Below are positions 22,987 through 32,981 of a stretch of 64,000 nucleotides of DNA, in pieces. The notes beneath the pieces were generated by a model. That model was not told where the DNA came from and searched no databases. It saw nothing but the letters and a program-made list of their open reading frames with translations. Position numbers and translations under genes: made by a program. Origin of the DNA: Blastocladiella emersonii ATCC 22665 (lineage: Eukaryota; Fungi; Blastocladiomycota); NCBI GenBank assembly GCA_025594325.1, contig JANHCV010000003.1:1922001-1986000 (forward strand), read 5' to 3'. Each line of letters opens with the position of its first letter. Position 1 is the first letter of the stretch.

Positions 22987-25900
22987 ATGGATCCGTTGCT
23001 GTACGACGAGTTCGGCAACTACATTGGGCCCGACCTCGACGACGAGGACGACGACGACCTGGCGGCGTTGCCCGGCCTGCGTCTGTCGCCTCCTCGCGCC
23101 GGTGTCGCACCACATGGATATGGCGACGATGATGACGTCCCCATGCGCGAGGCCTCGCCAACGCGCACCGCCGTGCCCGACGCCGCCGCCATGCAGATCG
23201 TGCCGCACGAGGAAAAGGAGTACTACCCGTCCGCGTCCGAGGTGTACGGCGAGGACGTGGAGACGCTCGTCGAGGAGGAGGACGCGCAGCCGCTCTCCGA
23301 ACCCATCATCGCGCCCATCAAGACCAAGGCCTTTTCGCTGCTCGGTCTCGGCGAGGACACCGACGTGCCCGAGACGGCCTACTCGACCGAGTGCGTTTTC
23401 TCATTTCTCTGGGTATTGTGCCCGTACCCTGCTCACCCGCTCCCACTCAACCCAGGTTCATGCTCGACCTCGCCCAGCACCCGAACCTCGTGCGCACCGT
23501 CGCCGTCGTCGGCCACCTGCACCACGGCAAGACGGCCATCATGGACATGCTCATTGAGCAGACCCACCCGCACGTCCGGTGGGACCTCGTCAAGAACAAC
23601 CGGTACACGGACACGCATCCGCTCGAGCGCGACCGCGGCGTGTCCATCAAGACCGGGCCCATGTCGCTCGTCCTGCCCACGCTCTCGGGTAAGCACTACC
23701 TGATGCACCTGCTCGACACCCCCGGGCACGTCGATTTCGTGGACGAGGTCGCCTGCGCGCTGCCGCTGTGCGACGGCGCCGTGGTCGTCGTCGACGCCGT
23801 CGAGGGCGTCATGGCCAACACGGAGCGCATCCTGCGCCGCCTCGTCGCCGACGACATCCCGTTCGTCCTCGTCATCAACAAGGTCGACCGCCTGATCCTC
23901 GAGCTGCGCCTGCCGCCAGCCGAGGCCTACTTCAAGCTGCGCCACGTCGTCGAGGAGGTCAACTCGGCCGTCGCCGCCGCGTGCGGCGCGTCGCGCGAGC
24001 ACGCCGACCGCCTGCGCGTCTCGCCCGACCGCAACAACGTCGTGTTCGCCGCGTCCGAGTTCGGCTTCTCCTTCACCCTCAAATCGTTTGCCCAGCTGTA
24101 CGCCGACACCCACCCGGGCGTCGACGCCGCGCGCCTCGCGCCGCGCCTGTGGGGCGACATCGTGTACGACCCGGACTCGCGCAAGTTCCAGCGCTGGGTG
24201 TCCGGCACCTCCCGCCCGCGCTCGTTCCAGCACTTTGTCCTCGAGCCCCTGTACAAGCTGTTCTCGGTGACCGTCGGCGAGTCGGCCGACCACATCCGCG
24301 AAACCCTGCGCGCCGTCGGCGTCCCCGTCAAGGCGTCCGAGCTCACCCTCGACGTCGCGCCGTTCCTCCGCCTCGTCCTCACGCGCTTCTTTGGCCGCGC
24401 CGTTGGCCTCGTCGACGCCCTCGTCCACGCGATCCCGAGCGCTGCCGATAACGCGCACACCTGGGCACAACGGTGGTACCGCGGCGACCGCACGGGGCCC
24501 GCATGGGACTCGCTCGTCGGCGCGAAACCTGACGGCCCGCTCGTCGTGCACGTCACCAAGCTATACCCGCGCGCCGCGACGGCGGGAGCGGGCGGGAACG
24601 CGTCGGCGAACGGCGGGGTCGCGTTCGACTGCCTCGGGCGCGTCGTCAGCGGCACGGTGCGCGCCGGGCAGGCGGTCCAGGTGCTCGGCGAAAAGTACTC
24701 GGCCGACGACGGCGAGGACTCGGCGCGCGCGACCGTCGCGTCGGCCGCGCTGTTCCAGTCGCGGTACACGGTGCCCGCGGGGGCCCGCGGGATCGGGCCC
24801 GGGAACCTGGTGCTGCTCGGCGGGATCGAGGCGAGTATCGTCAAGACGGCGACGGTCGTGGACCCGTCGCTCGTCGCGGACGCGGACGAGGGGGTCGGGG
24901 ACGGGATCGGCGCCATGGCCACGTTCGCGGCGCCGCGGCACCTGACCGAGGCGGTGCTCAAGATCGCGCTCGAGCCCGTGCAGCCGTCGGAGCTGCCCAA
25001 GATGCTGTCCGGCCTGCGGCACATCAACCGCGCGTACCCGCTCGCCATCACGCGCGTCGAGGAGTCGGGCGAGCACGTGCTGCTGGGCCCCGGCGAGCTG
25101 TACCTCGACTGCGTCATGCACGACCTGCGCAGGCTGTTTGCCGACATTGAGATCAAGGTGTCGGACCCCGTCACGCGGCTCGCCGAGACCATTGTCGAGA
25201 CGTCGGCGCTCAAGTGTTTCGCCGAGTCGCCCAACAAGCGCAACAAGCTGTCCATGATCGCCGAGCCCCTGCCCGGGTCGGTCGTCGCGGCCATGGAGCG
25301 CCGCGAGCTCAACATGGACATGCCCGCGCGCGACCTCGCCAAGCGGCTCGTGGCCGACCACGGGTGGGACGCGCTCGCCGCGCGCAACGTGTGGGCGTTC
25401 GGCCCCGAGGACCGCGAGGCCAACGTGCTCGTCAACGACACGCTCGCGGGCGAGGTCGACAAGCAGCTGCTGTCCCGCATCCGCGAGTCGGTCGTGTCCG
25501 GGTTCGCGTGGGGCACGCGCGAGGGCCCGCTGTGCGACGAGCCGATGCGCAACGCCAAGTTCCGCCTGGTCGGCGCCGACATTGCGCCGCACGCCATGCA
25601 CCACAGCGGCGGGCAGATCATCCCGACGGCGCGCCGGCTCGTGCACGCGTCGTTCCTCATGGCGACGCCCCGCCTCATGGAGCCCGTGTACGCGGTCGAG
25701 GTGCAGACGCCCGCCGACGCCATCTCGGCCGTCTACGCGGTCCTCGCGCGCCGCCGCGGCCACGTCCTGCAGGACCTGCCCAAACCCGGGTCGCCCCTGT
25801 TCACGGTGCGCGCGCTGCTCCCCGCCATGGACGCGGCCGGGTTCGAGACGGACCTCCGCTCGCACACCCAGGGCATGGCGTTCGCGCAGACCTACTTTGA

Positions 25901-26114
25901 CCACTACCAGATCGTGCCCGGCAACCCGCTCGACAGCTCGATCGTGCTCCGCCCGCTCGAGCCCGCGCCCGCGCCCGCCCTCGCCCGCGACTTCATGGTC
26001 AAGACCCGCCGCCGCAAGGGGCTCGCCGAGGATGTCGCCATCACCCAGTACTTTGACGACCCCATGGTGCTCGAGGTCGCGCGACAGGAACTCGCGCGCA
26101 TGGGCGTGCTGTAG
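22987..26114 (+). CDS. SNU114: U5 snRNP 116 kDa GTPase (Snu114/EFTUD2)
   Basis: N-terminus MDPLLYDEFGNYIGPDL, G1 GHLHHGKT, DTPGHVDF, NKVD, EF-2-like C-terminal domains and ARDFMVKTRRRKGL. Intron 23391-23455. Confidence 0.95.
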
Positions 26115-26330
26115 ATGACGCGGCGAGGGCCGGTTTTGTTGAGTGGGGATGGCGTTCCAGAAATGTATCTTTTGCACCCGATACGCGCGGCTTCGAGCGT
26201 GGAACGTGGAACGTGGAAGGCAGGAGGGAAGGCCGCCGGCCTCAGCGGTGCGCCGCGCCTGCCCGATATAATCCCAAGCTGCCCCCTCGTTTCCACGCTC
26301 TCTCTCCCACAACACGCACTCGCACACTTC

Positions 26331-28295
26331 ATGAATCAGCAGCAACATCGTGCACTAGCCTTCCTCGCCCTTGTCGAGGCCGCCGCCGTCCTCGCCGCGC
26401 CCATGCCCAAGGGCGGCGGCGGTGGTGGTAGAGGCGGCGGCGGCAGCCGTGGCGGGTCCTCGTCGTCTTCGTCGGGCGGCAAGCCGTCCTCCTCGGGCAG
26501 CAGCAGCAGCAGTGGCAGCAGTGGCAGTGGTAGCAGCAGCAGCGGGTCCACGTCCAGCGGTAGCAGCGGCCGCACGACGACGCCAGCGGGAACGGCGCTC
26601 TACGGGAGTACGGAATCCCGAGCCCCTTCCTCCTCTCCTCTCTCCCATCGCTGATCAAACTCGCATCTAGGCACCTACCCGCGCATCTACTACGGCCCGT
26701 ACGGGTACGGGTACTGGGTGTACGTGCCGTCGTCCAACGGGTGCCGGTTCTACCGCGAGGACGGCACGCTCGTCGACGGCACGTACCAGGCGCAGTGCGA
26801 CCGCCGGTCCGACGGCAGCAGCGTCGTGTGGATCGTCATTGGCGCCATTGCCGGCGTCGCGGTCCTCGGCGCCGTCATCTACTTCATCTTCCAGCGTCGC
26901 ATCGGCCGCAAGGAGAAGACGCCGTCGCTCAAGTTCGCAAACGGTGCGGCGCCGAGTACCTCCAACTACGCGGCGGTCCCCGCGCCCTCGACCATCGGCG
27001 GCAGCTCGCCCGCGCGCGACTACGCCCCGCCCGCGCAGGTCACATACCAGGGCTCGTTCGCCGCGCCCGTCCACCGTGCGACGGCCGACGCCGCGGCGCG
27101 CGGCCGCGAGTTCATCAACAACACGCCGCCGATGCCGTTCAACCCGACCCCCGAGGCGCTCGACGCCATGGCCAACCCGGCGGCCTGGGCGCTCGCGCTG
27201 CCGTTCCAGGACATGGCGTCTTTCGTCGGCGTCGCGCCCGAGGACGGCACCGTGCACTTCTTCCCGAACCCGATCACGCGCGCGTCGGCCGACACGGACC
27301 TCACGCTCGTCAGCAACCTGCCCGTCCCGTGGCTCTTGCCTGCGCACGCGCAGCCGCCGCCGCCCGTGCTCTACTACGAGGTGACGGTCGTCGCCATGGC
27401 GCCGCAGACGACGCTCGCCATCGGCCTGGCCACGGTCCCGTACCCGTACTTCCGCCTGCCCGGGTGGCACGACTGGAGCGTCGGGTACCACTCGGACGAC
27501 GGCCGCGTGTTCTGCGACAACGACGGCGACGGCGACGCGTACGGGAAGCCGTTCCGCGTCGACGACGTGATCGGCGTTGGGCTCCGGACCGCTGATGGGT
27601 CGTGCTTCTTCACGCGCAACGGCGTCGTGCTTCCGACGGTCGAGGGTCCGCGCGCGCCGTGTCCCGAGACGGCGGTCCATATCGCGGTCGGCGCCGACGG
27701 CCCGTGCGCGGTGCGCCTCAACTGCGGCCAGCTCCCGTTCCGGTGCGCCCAGTTCAACTCCAACCCCGAGCAGGGCGTCCGCGGCGCCGGGTACGCCGTC
27801 GAGCGCCTTCCCGTGTACTCGGTCATGCCCACCGCGATGCCCGAGCCGCCGATGGATGCAGGCGCGGCGCCCGCGTACGCGACTATGAACATGCCGCAGC
27901 CCCCGCCGCCGTCGTCGTCAACTGCTGGTGCTGCTGCTGCGCCAGTGTACCCGACCATGTCGATGCCGCAGCCCCCGATGGTGTCGGCGACCAACACGAC
28001 GCCACCTCAGTACCGCTCCATCGACGCGTACCCGCCGCCGCCTGCTCTCGCAACCCCGACCTCGGCGACCCTCGCCGCCCCGCCCGCAGCCACGATGCAG
28101 ATGCCGTCGCCGTCGGTCGTGGCTGCAGTCCCGCTCCCGCCCTCGCCGTTGATCCAGCCCATCGGTATGACGGGCCCGGGCGCGGCTGCGGCGGTGCCGA
28201 ACGAGGCCGCGTCGTCGGCTACGACGCCCCTCGTCGCGTACCCGTCGGCGCCCGCGGCTGCCGTTGTGCGCCAGGCCGGGGATCGCGCAGTGTAG
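26331..28295 (+). CDS. Single-pass membrane SPRY-domain protein (Ssh4/Ear1-like)
   Basis: Signal peptide, Gly/Ser stalk, TM VVWIVIGAIAGVAVLGAVIYFIF, and SPRY motifs LYYEVTV, IGLATVPYPYFRLPGW...SVGYHSDDG...GDVIGVG-like...FFTRNG. Intron 26608-26670. Confidence 0.8.
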
Positions 28296-28400
28296 TTTGG
28301 AATGAATGAATGGAGAATAGATGGCACGACAAACCGTGATTGAACGACAAATGCGTACAAAAGAAGCACCGTTTTGAACGCTGCGCGACTTAGAACGGTA

Positions 28401-28792
28401 CAGCTGGGCGCGTCGCTGCGTCTTCTTCACGCATAAGGTCATTTCAGTGGGCAGATGTGGCGACGGTCGGCGTGGCCGTGGTCGAGGGCAAACTTTTGGG
28501 ATTCGGACTGCCGCTCGGCCTCATCGTCTACTTCACGTTCTGGATCGCACTCGAAGGTGTGGCCCTCTTCGCGGCCGCCTTCTACGGCTTGGGCGCCTCG
28601 TCCATCACCTTTAGCACGGACACGAACGTCTGCATGAACCTCCACAAGCGCATGTTCCCCAAGACCTTCGCGTCGCTCGTCGCGCCCGCGGTCCCTGGCG
28701 CCGCCGCCTCAGCCGAGGTCTGGACCGCGTCACCGACGGTCGCGGACGAGCAGACTGGATCGTGTGGTTTGTTTGCAATGTATCTCCCCTAG
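28401..28792 (+). pseudogene. Fragment of a small membrane-protein gene, copy A (no ATG)
   Basis: Coding-like GC3 bias with translation VATVGVAVVEGKLLGFGLPLGLIVYFTFWIAL...FYGLGASSITFS. No in-frame ATG upstream; similar to 30210-30504. Confidence 0.45.
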
Positions 28793-28992
28793 TCTTTATT
28801 GCACACACCTTGACTCGCGCGAGAGGAGAGGAGCGGCCAAGATGAAACGCGACCCGACGAGGGTGGCGCAGCTGGGCGCGTCGCTGCGCCACCCGCTTGC
28901 TCGGAGTCACCTGAGATCTGCTGCTTTCGCATTGTTCATCATCTCAGGCAGTGCACGACCAGTGTGCAGAGCGACTCGAGCAAGGCACCGCC

Positions 28993-28999
28993 TATAAAT
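28993..28999 (+). promoter_or_regulatory. TATA box of the orphan gene at 29093
   Basis: TATAAAT about 95 bp upstream of the ATG, followed by a pyrimidine-rich leader. Confidence 0.55.
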
Positions 29000-29092
29000 C
29001 CCGGCCGCCCTCCCCGCTTCAGCTCTTGCTCTTCACCCTTGCCTCAAAGCAGACCTTGTACCACATCCGACTTCACTCGCCTGTATCGCACC

Positions 29093-30076
29093 ATGTCTGC
29101 CCAGATTGCCCTCGCCTCGTCGTCCTCGTCGTCCAAGGTGTTCTCGTCCTCGGCCAAGCTGCCGCTCAATGGCACCAGCATCAGCATGCCCGAGAACAAG
29201 CAGACCACCAACAACAACGAGTGCGTCGACTCGACGCCGACCCCCACGGCCGGCACGCTCAAGCACCGGTTCGAGCAGCTCGCGCTTGCTCCCGGCTCGT
29301 CCAAGTCTCGTTCGCCCTGCTCGCGGTCCAAGGACCAGGTCCACATCGCCCATTTCGGCGGCGATGCCAAGAACCAGCTCGGGCAGGGCAACAACGAGAC
29401 CAAGTCGGTTCCGGCGTGCGCTGTGACGGCGGCGGTGGTGCTCGAGGCGCTCGCCGGGGTGCATGTATCGACCCTGCGCGCTAGCTTTGAGCCCGCCGCC
29501 GTGGCTGCTGTCACACCTGCCATCGTCCCGACTACCCAGACCGCTGTTGTCGACGCTCCCGTGTCGACTGCGGCGTCGATCAAGCTCCAGGAGACCTCGA
29601 CGTGCACCGACCCCGCGGGCACAGTGGCAACCGAGTTCTCCACCCTGTTCGAGTCGACGAACGCGACCCACGTTCCCGCCGTCCCCGCCCAAGCCGAGAA
29701 GAAGCGCAGCACCGCTGGCAAAGTTCTGCGCTGGGTTCGCCGCCGTGCCGGCCACCGTGGCAGTGCGCCGGCGGCCGCGGTGAACCCCGAGGCGAAGGTG
29801 GCGGCGGTGGCCGAGTCCATGGCCATCGACTCGACCCTCGTCAAGCTTTCGGCCGAGCTCGGGTCGGATCAGACGCTGGTCGAGTCGGCTTCGAGCTCCC
29901 GCTGGTCTACGATCAAGGCTCGGTTCAGCAACCTCCTGGGCGGTGCATCCAGTACCGTCAAGGTGTCTGCTGCGACTTCCGAGCCGCGCTCGACCAAGTT
30001 TGGCGTCAAGGTTCTCCCCAGTTCCTCGGCGTCCGTTGTCCTGCGGTCCGCCGTGGCCGCCGTTGACGCTCTCTGA
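29093..30076 (+). CDS. Intronless Ser/Ala/Thr-rich orphan protein
   Basis: 327-codon ORF with strong C/G-ending codon bias, a TATA box upstream and a T-rich 3' flank. No recognisable domain. Confidence 0.6.
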   Translation: MSAQIALASSSSSSKVFSSSAKLPLNGTSISMPENKQTTNNNECVDSTPTPTAGTLKHRFEQLALAPGSSKSRSPCSRSKDQVHIAHFGGDAKNQLGQGNNETKSVPACAVTAAVVLEALAGVHVSTLRASFEPAAVAAVTPAIVPTTQTAVVDAPVSTAASIKLQETSTCTDPAGTVATEFSTLFESTNATHVPAVPAQAEKKRSTAGKVLRWVRRRAGHRGSAPAAAVNPEAKVAAVAESMAIDSTLVKLSAELGSDQTLVESASSSRWSTIKARFSNLLGGASSTVKVSAATSEPRSTKFGVKVLPSSSASVVLRSAVAAVDAL

Positions 30077-30209
30077 GTTTCTGTGTTTTGATTTTGTGAT
30101 ACCCCTCATCTGTTCCTGTCTCTTGTACAGAACCGTTTGTTTGCGCTTCTCTTGTTCGAAGATTTGATTTCTTTCGTGTGTTCCCAACATCATCACTTCG
30201 TCGACCTGG

Positions 30210-30504
30210 ATCAGACTCAGCAACTTGGCTCGAATGGGAGATTGACACGGCGGGTCGTCCGTACGTGTTTGCTGACGGCGATCCAGAACCTCATTTTACT
30301 CGCGTACGTGGCCAACTCGTTCGGCATCGTGGCGACGATGGCCATGGTCGGCGTGGCCGTGTCGACGGCGGGATCCTCCGTTTGGGTATGCTGTTCCTCG
30401 GCCTGATTCTCTCCGGTTCTTTCTGGGCGCTGATCGCGGTCAGCACAATCACGGCCACGTTGTACGGCCTGCGCACCTCGGCCGTCACCCTCAGCGCGGC
30501 GTAG
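30210..30504 (+). pseudogene. Fragment of a small membrane-protein gene, copy B (frameshifted)
   Basis: QQLGSNGRL...LILLAYVANSFGIVATMAMVGVAV, then a one-base shift near 30360, then DGGILRLGMLFLGLILSGSFWAL...LYGLRTSAVTLS. Aligns by eye with copy A. Confidence 0.45.
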
Positions 30505-31285
30505 CCAGTCACGGGCGACTCGTGTATCGTCAACGTTGGACTCGACAAGGACGCGCTCACCGTAATGGCTGACTTCACGGAGAGGGCCGTTGTCATTGTT
30601 CGAGAGAGCCTGTCCGTACTCATCGCAGGCCACGTCCAAGCGTGCGGCAACTTCATTGCGCCAAATACCCATCGTTCCTGCTCATGCTGACAAGCGCCTC
30701 TCGTACGCTCATTGACGACGAGGTCCTCCTGGATCGCACCGAGCGCCGTGCGAAGTGCCACGAGGCCATGTGTTGAGCCCGCGTGCGGCTGCCAGCCAGG
30801 GCGCCCGAGTTCGTTGATTATGAGTGCATAGGCCGAAGAAGGCGAGACTATCGGGTATGAGCCGGAGTTTCTCAAGAGTCGGCGAAACAGTTCTCGACTG
30901 ACGCAAGCGGATCGAGTGCGTCGCGTCGTTGTCGTGGCCCGACTCGCGTCGAGGCGCTGAAGCGGTCCGTGCAACATCAAAGGAGGGTTTCTAACATAGA
31001 TAAGCAAGTTGCATGAGGTGCCATCGTAATACTAGAGGAAGTTGTAAACGGATCGGTCAACGAGTGGCGGAGAAGCAATGCTCAAAGCGCGAGCGACCGC
31101 CGCGGCGCGTCCTCTCTCTCTCAACTCTCACGACACCATGGAACTGATATAACGAAAGATGTGATATTGATTGCTGGGTAACATGACAAAGTATTTACAT
31201 GACCGATCCTCGCATTCGGACCGTCCAGGACCTTGGGGAATGTGCTTGAGGGTGGCGAGTCCGAGGACGCGACGCGACGCCGCCT

Positions 31286-32062
31286 TCACATGAGGTTGTG
31301 GTGGACAGGCAGGAGCGTCATGACATCGCCGCCGACGTCGCCGTGGTGCGGGGTCGGGAGGAGGAGGTGGAAGTCGCCGTTGCCGCCGCCGTCCGCGGGC
31401 GATGGGCCCCAGGTCGCCGGGTCGCCGCCGCTGGCAATGAGCGAGCCGCCGTCGCCGTCGGTCGAGCTGTGGTTGCCCCACTGGCCCTGCTGCTGCCACT
31501 GGTTCTGCGCCTGGAACGCGTCGCCGCCGTGGCTCTGCTGCCACTGCGACTGGGCCTGCGACTGGGCGCCGTGGTCGCCCCACTGGGTCTGCGACTGCGA
31601 CTGCGACTGCTGCTGCGCCGCGTCGCCCGAGTTGTTGCTGCCCAACTGGCCCTGCCACTGCGACTGCGACTGGGCCCCGTGATCGCCGAACTGGGTCTGC
31701 GACTGCGACTGGTTCTGGGCGCCGTTGCCGCCGTTCTGCGTCTGCCACTGCGACTGCGACTGGGCGCCGCCGTCGCCCCACTGGGTCTGCGACTGCGACT
31801 GGGACTGCTGCTGCGCGGGGTCGACCGAGTTGTGGCCCTGGAACTGCGACTGCCACTGCGACTGCGACTGCGACTGGTTGCCGCCGTCGCCAAACTGGTT
31901 CTGGGTCTGCGACTGGGACTGCGACTGCGAGCCGTTGCCGCCAAACTGGGTCTGCGACTGCGACTGGGACTGCTGCTGGGCGCCGTTGCCGCCCCACTGG
32001 TTCTGGAACTGCGACTGCGACTGCGACTGGACGGGCGGGACGAAGATCGGGCCGAAGGTCAT
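31286..32062 (-). CDS. Gln/Ser/Gly/Trp repeat protein (QSQSQSQxQ(W/F)GxxG repeats)
   Basis: 258-aa ORF with genome-typical codon bias (CAG TCG), about 11 imperfect repeats, a TATA box about 100 bp upstream and a possible 5'UTR intron at 32064-32119. Confidence 0.75.
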   Translation of the reverse strand: MTFGPIFVPPVQSQSQSQFQNQWGGNGAQQQSQSQSQTQFGGNGSQSQSQSQTQNQFGDGGNQSQSQSQWQSQFQGHNSVDPAQQQSQSQSQTQWGDGGAQSQSQWQTQNGGNGAQNQSQSQTQFGDHGAQSQSQWQGQLGSNNSGDAAQQQSQSQSQTQWGDHGAQSQAQSQWQQSHGGDAFQAQNQWQQQGQWGNHSSTDGDGGSLIASGGDPATWGPSPADGGGNGDFHLLLPTPHHGDVGGDVMTLLPVHHNLM

Positions 32063-32160
32063 CCTGGAGAGGTGGTGGAGGTGGTGGTGTGGGTGTGGCG
32101 GCGCTGGACGAGGAGGTACTGATGATCAAGTCGGTCTGAGACGGCAGGGGAGCGGCCCGT

Positions 32161-32167
32161 TCTTATA
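32161..32167 (-). promoter_or_regulatory. TATA-like box of the QS-repeat gene
   Basis: TATAAGA on the minus strand, upstream of the QS-repeat ORF. Confidence 0.45.
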
Positions 32168-32981
32168 GGAGCCGGCGCCGCGTGACAGCAAGCCGCTGAG
32201 CACGGTTGCGTTGCATTCTGAGCCGGATCAAAGACGGAGCGGTGAGCCGTCGCGGTATGCGGTTCACGGACGCGGGGGAGGCGCCGCAACGCGCCGCAGT
32301 TCCAGCGGAAAGCTGCGGCTGCGGTCAGCGTCGGCTGCGGATTCGACCGGAATCCGGTGCACCGGCCGCTGTCAACGGGGACCTTGGAAAGAGGAACGCG
32401 GAACGCAAGCGGGAGGGAACGCGGTTTCGAGCCGTTGAAGCGGAAAGCGGTGACACGCGTCCGAGTGGCGGTGGCTCAGCCACGGGTGGCGCAGCCGCGA
32501 GCGCATCGCGTCGCGTTTCAGTTCTGTTGCTGTCCCTTGATGCGCTGGACGCATCTTGATCTTCGTGCAACATCTCGAGAGGTGCTCAACCGAGCTACGG
32601 TCTAGCGCAAGGGATCGTGTCGACCACGTTGGCAACGATGCAGCCCCTTTCAGATCGGTGGCGGTAAGAGCGACTGCCCGTCCGTCGCTACCAAATTCAG
32701 AGTTCCGTCACATCTCAATCGGAGGAGGGACCCTGGCTGCTGCATTTTCTTGGTCCGAGTCAACAGTGCTTAGCCCCGCACGCGATAGCGAGTGCCTGTT
32801 TCTGTCTCCCACGCCAGTGGTCCGCGACGCGTCGCGTGTCGCGTCCCTCCACGCCGCGATCCCGCCGTCCTCGCCGAGCGAACCCTCCCGCCCGGCAGCT
32901 GCGTCGAAAAGGAACTTGCGTCTTGTACTTGATGCATCGCACTATCTGCCCCATGTAACTCTCGAGCGCGCCACGCAAACC

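Noticed and set aside
31300-32040. Regularly repeated DNA that might be a CRISPR array or satellite
   Set aside because: The repeats are codon-phased, vary at synonymous sites and lack constant-length unique spacers; the context is eukaryotic with no cas genes.
31725-32168. Cys/Asp/Trp-rich ORFs (CDCDWDC...) resembling a metallothionein
   Set aside because: They are the reverse complement of CAG-TCG (Gln-Ser) repeats. Codon bias, ATG context and the TATA box all favour the minus-strand QS protein.
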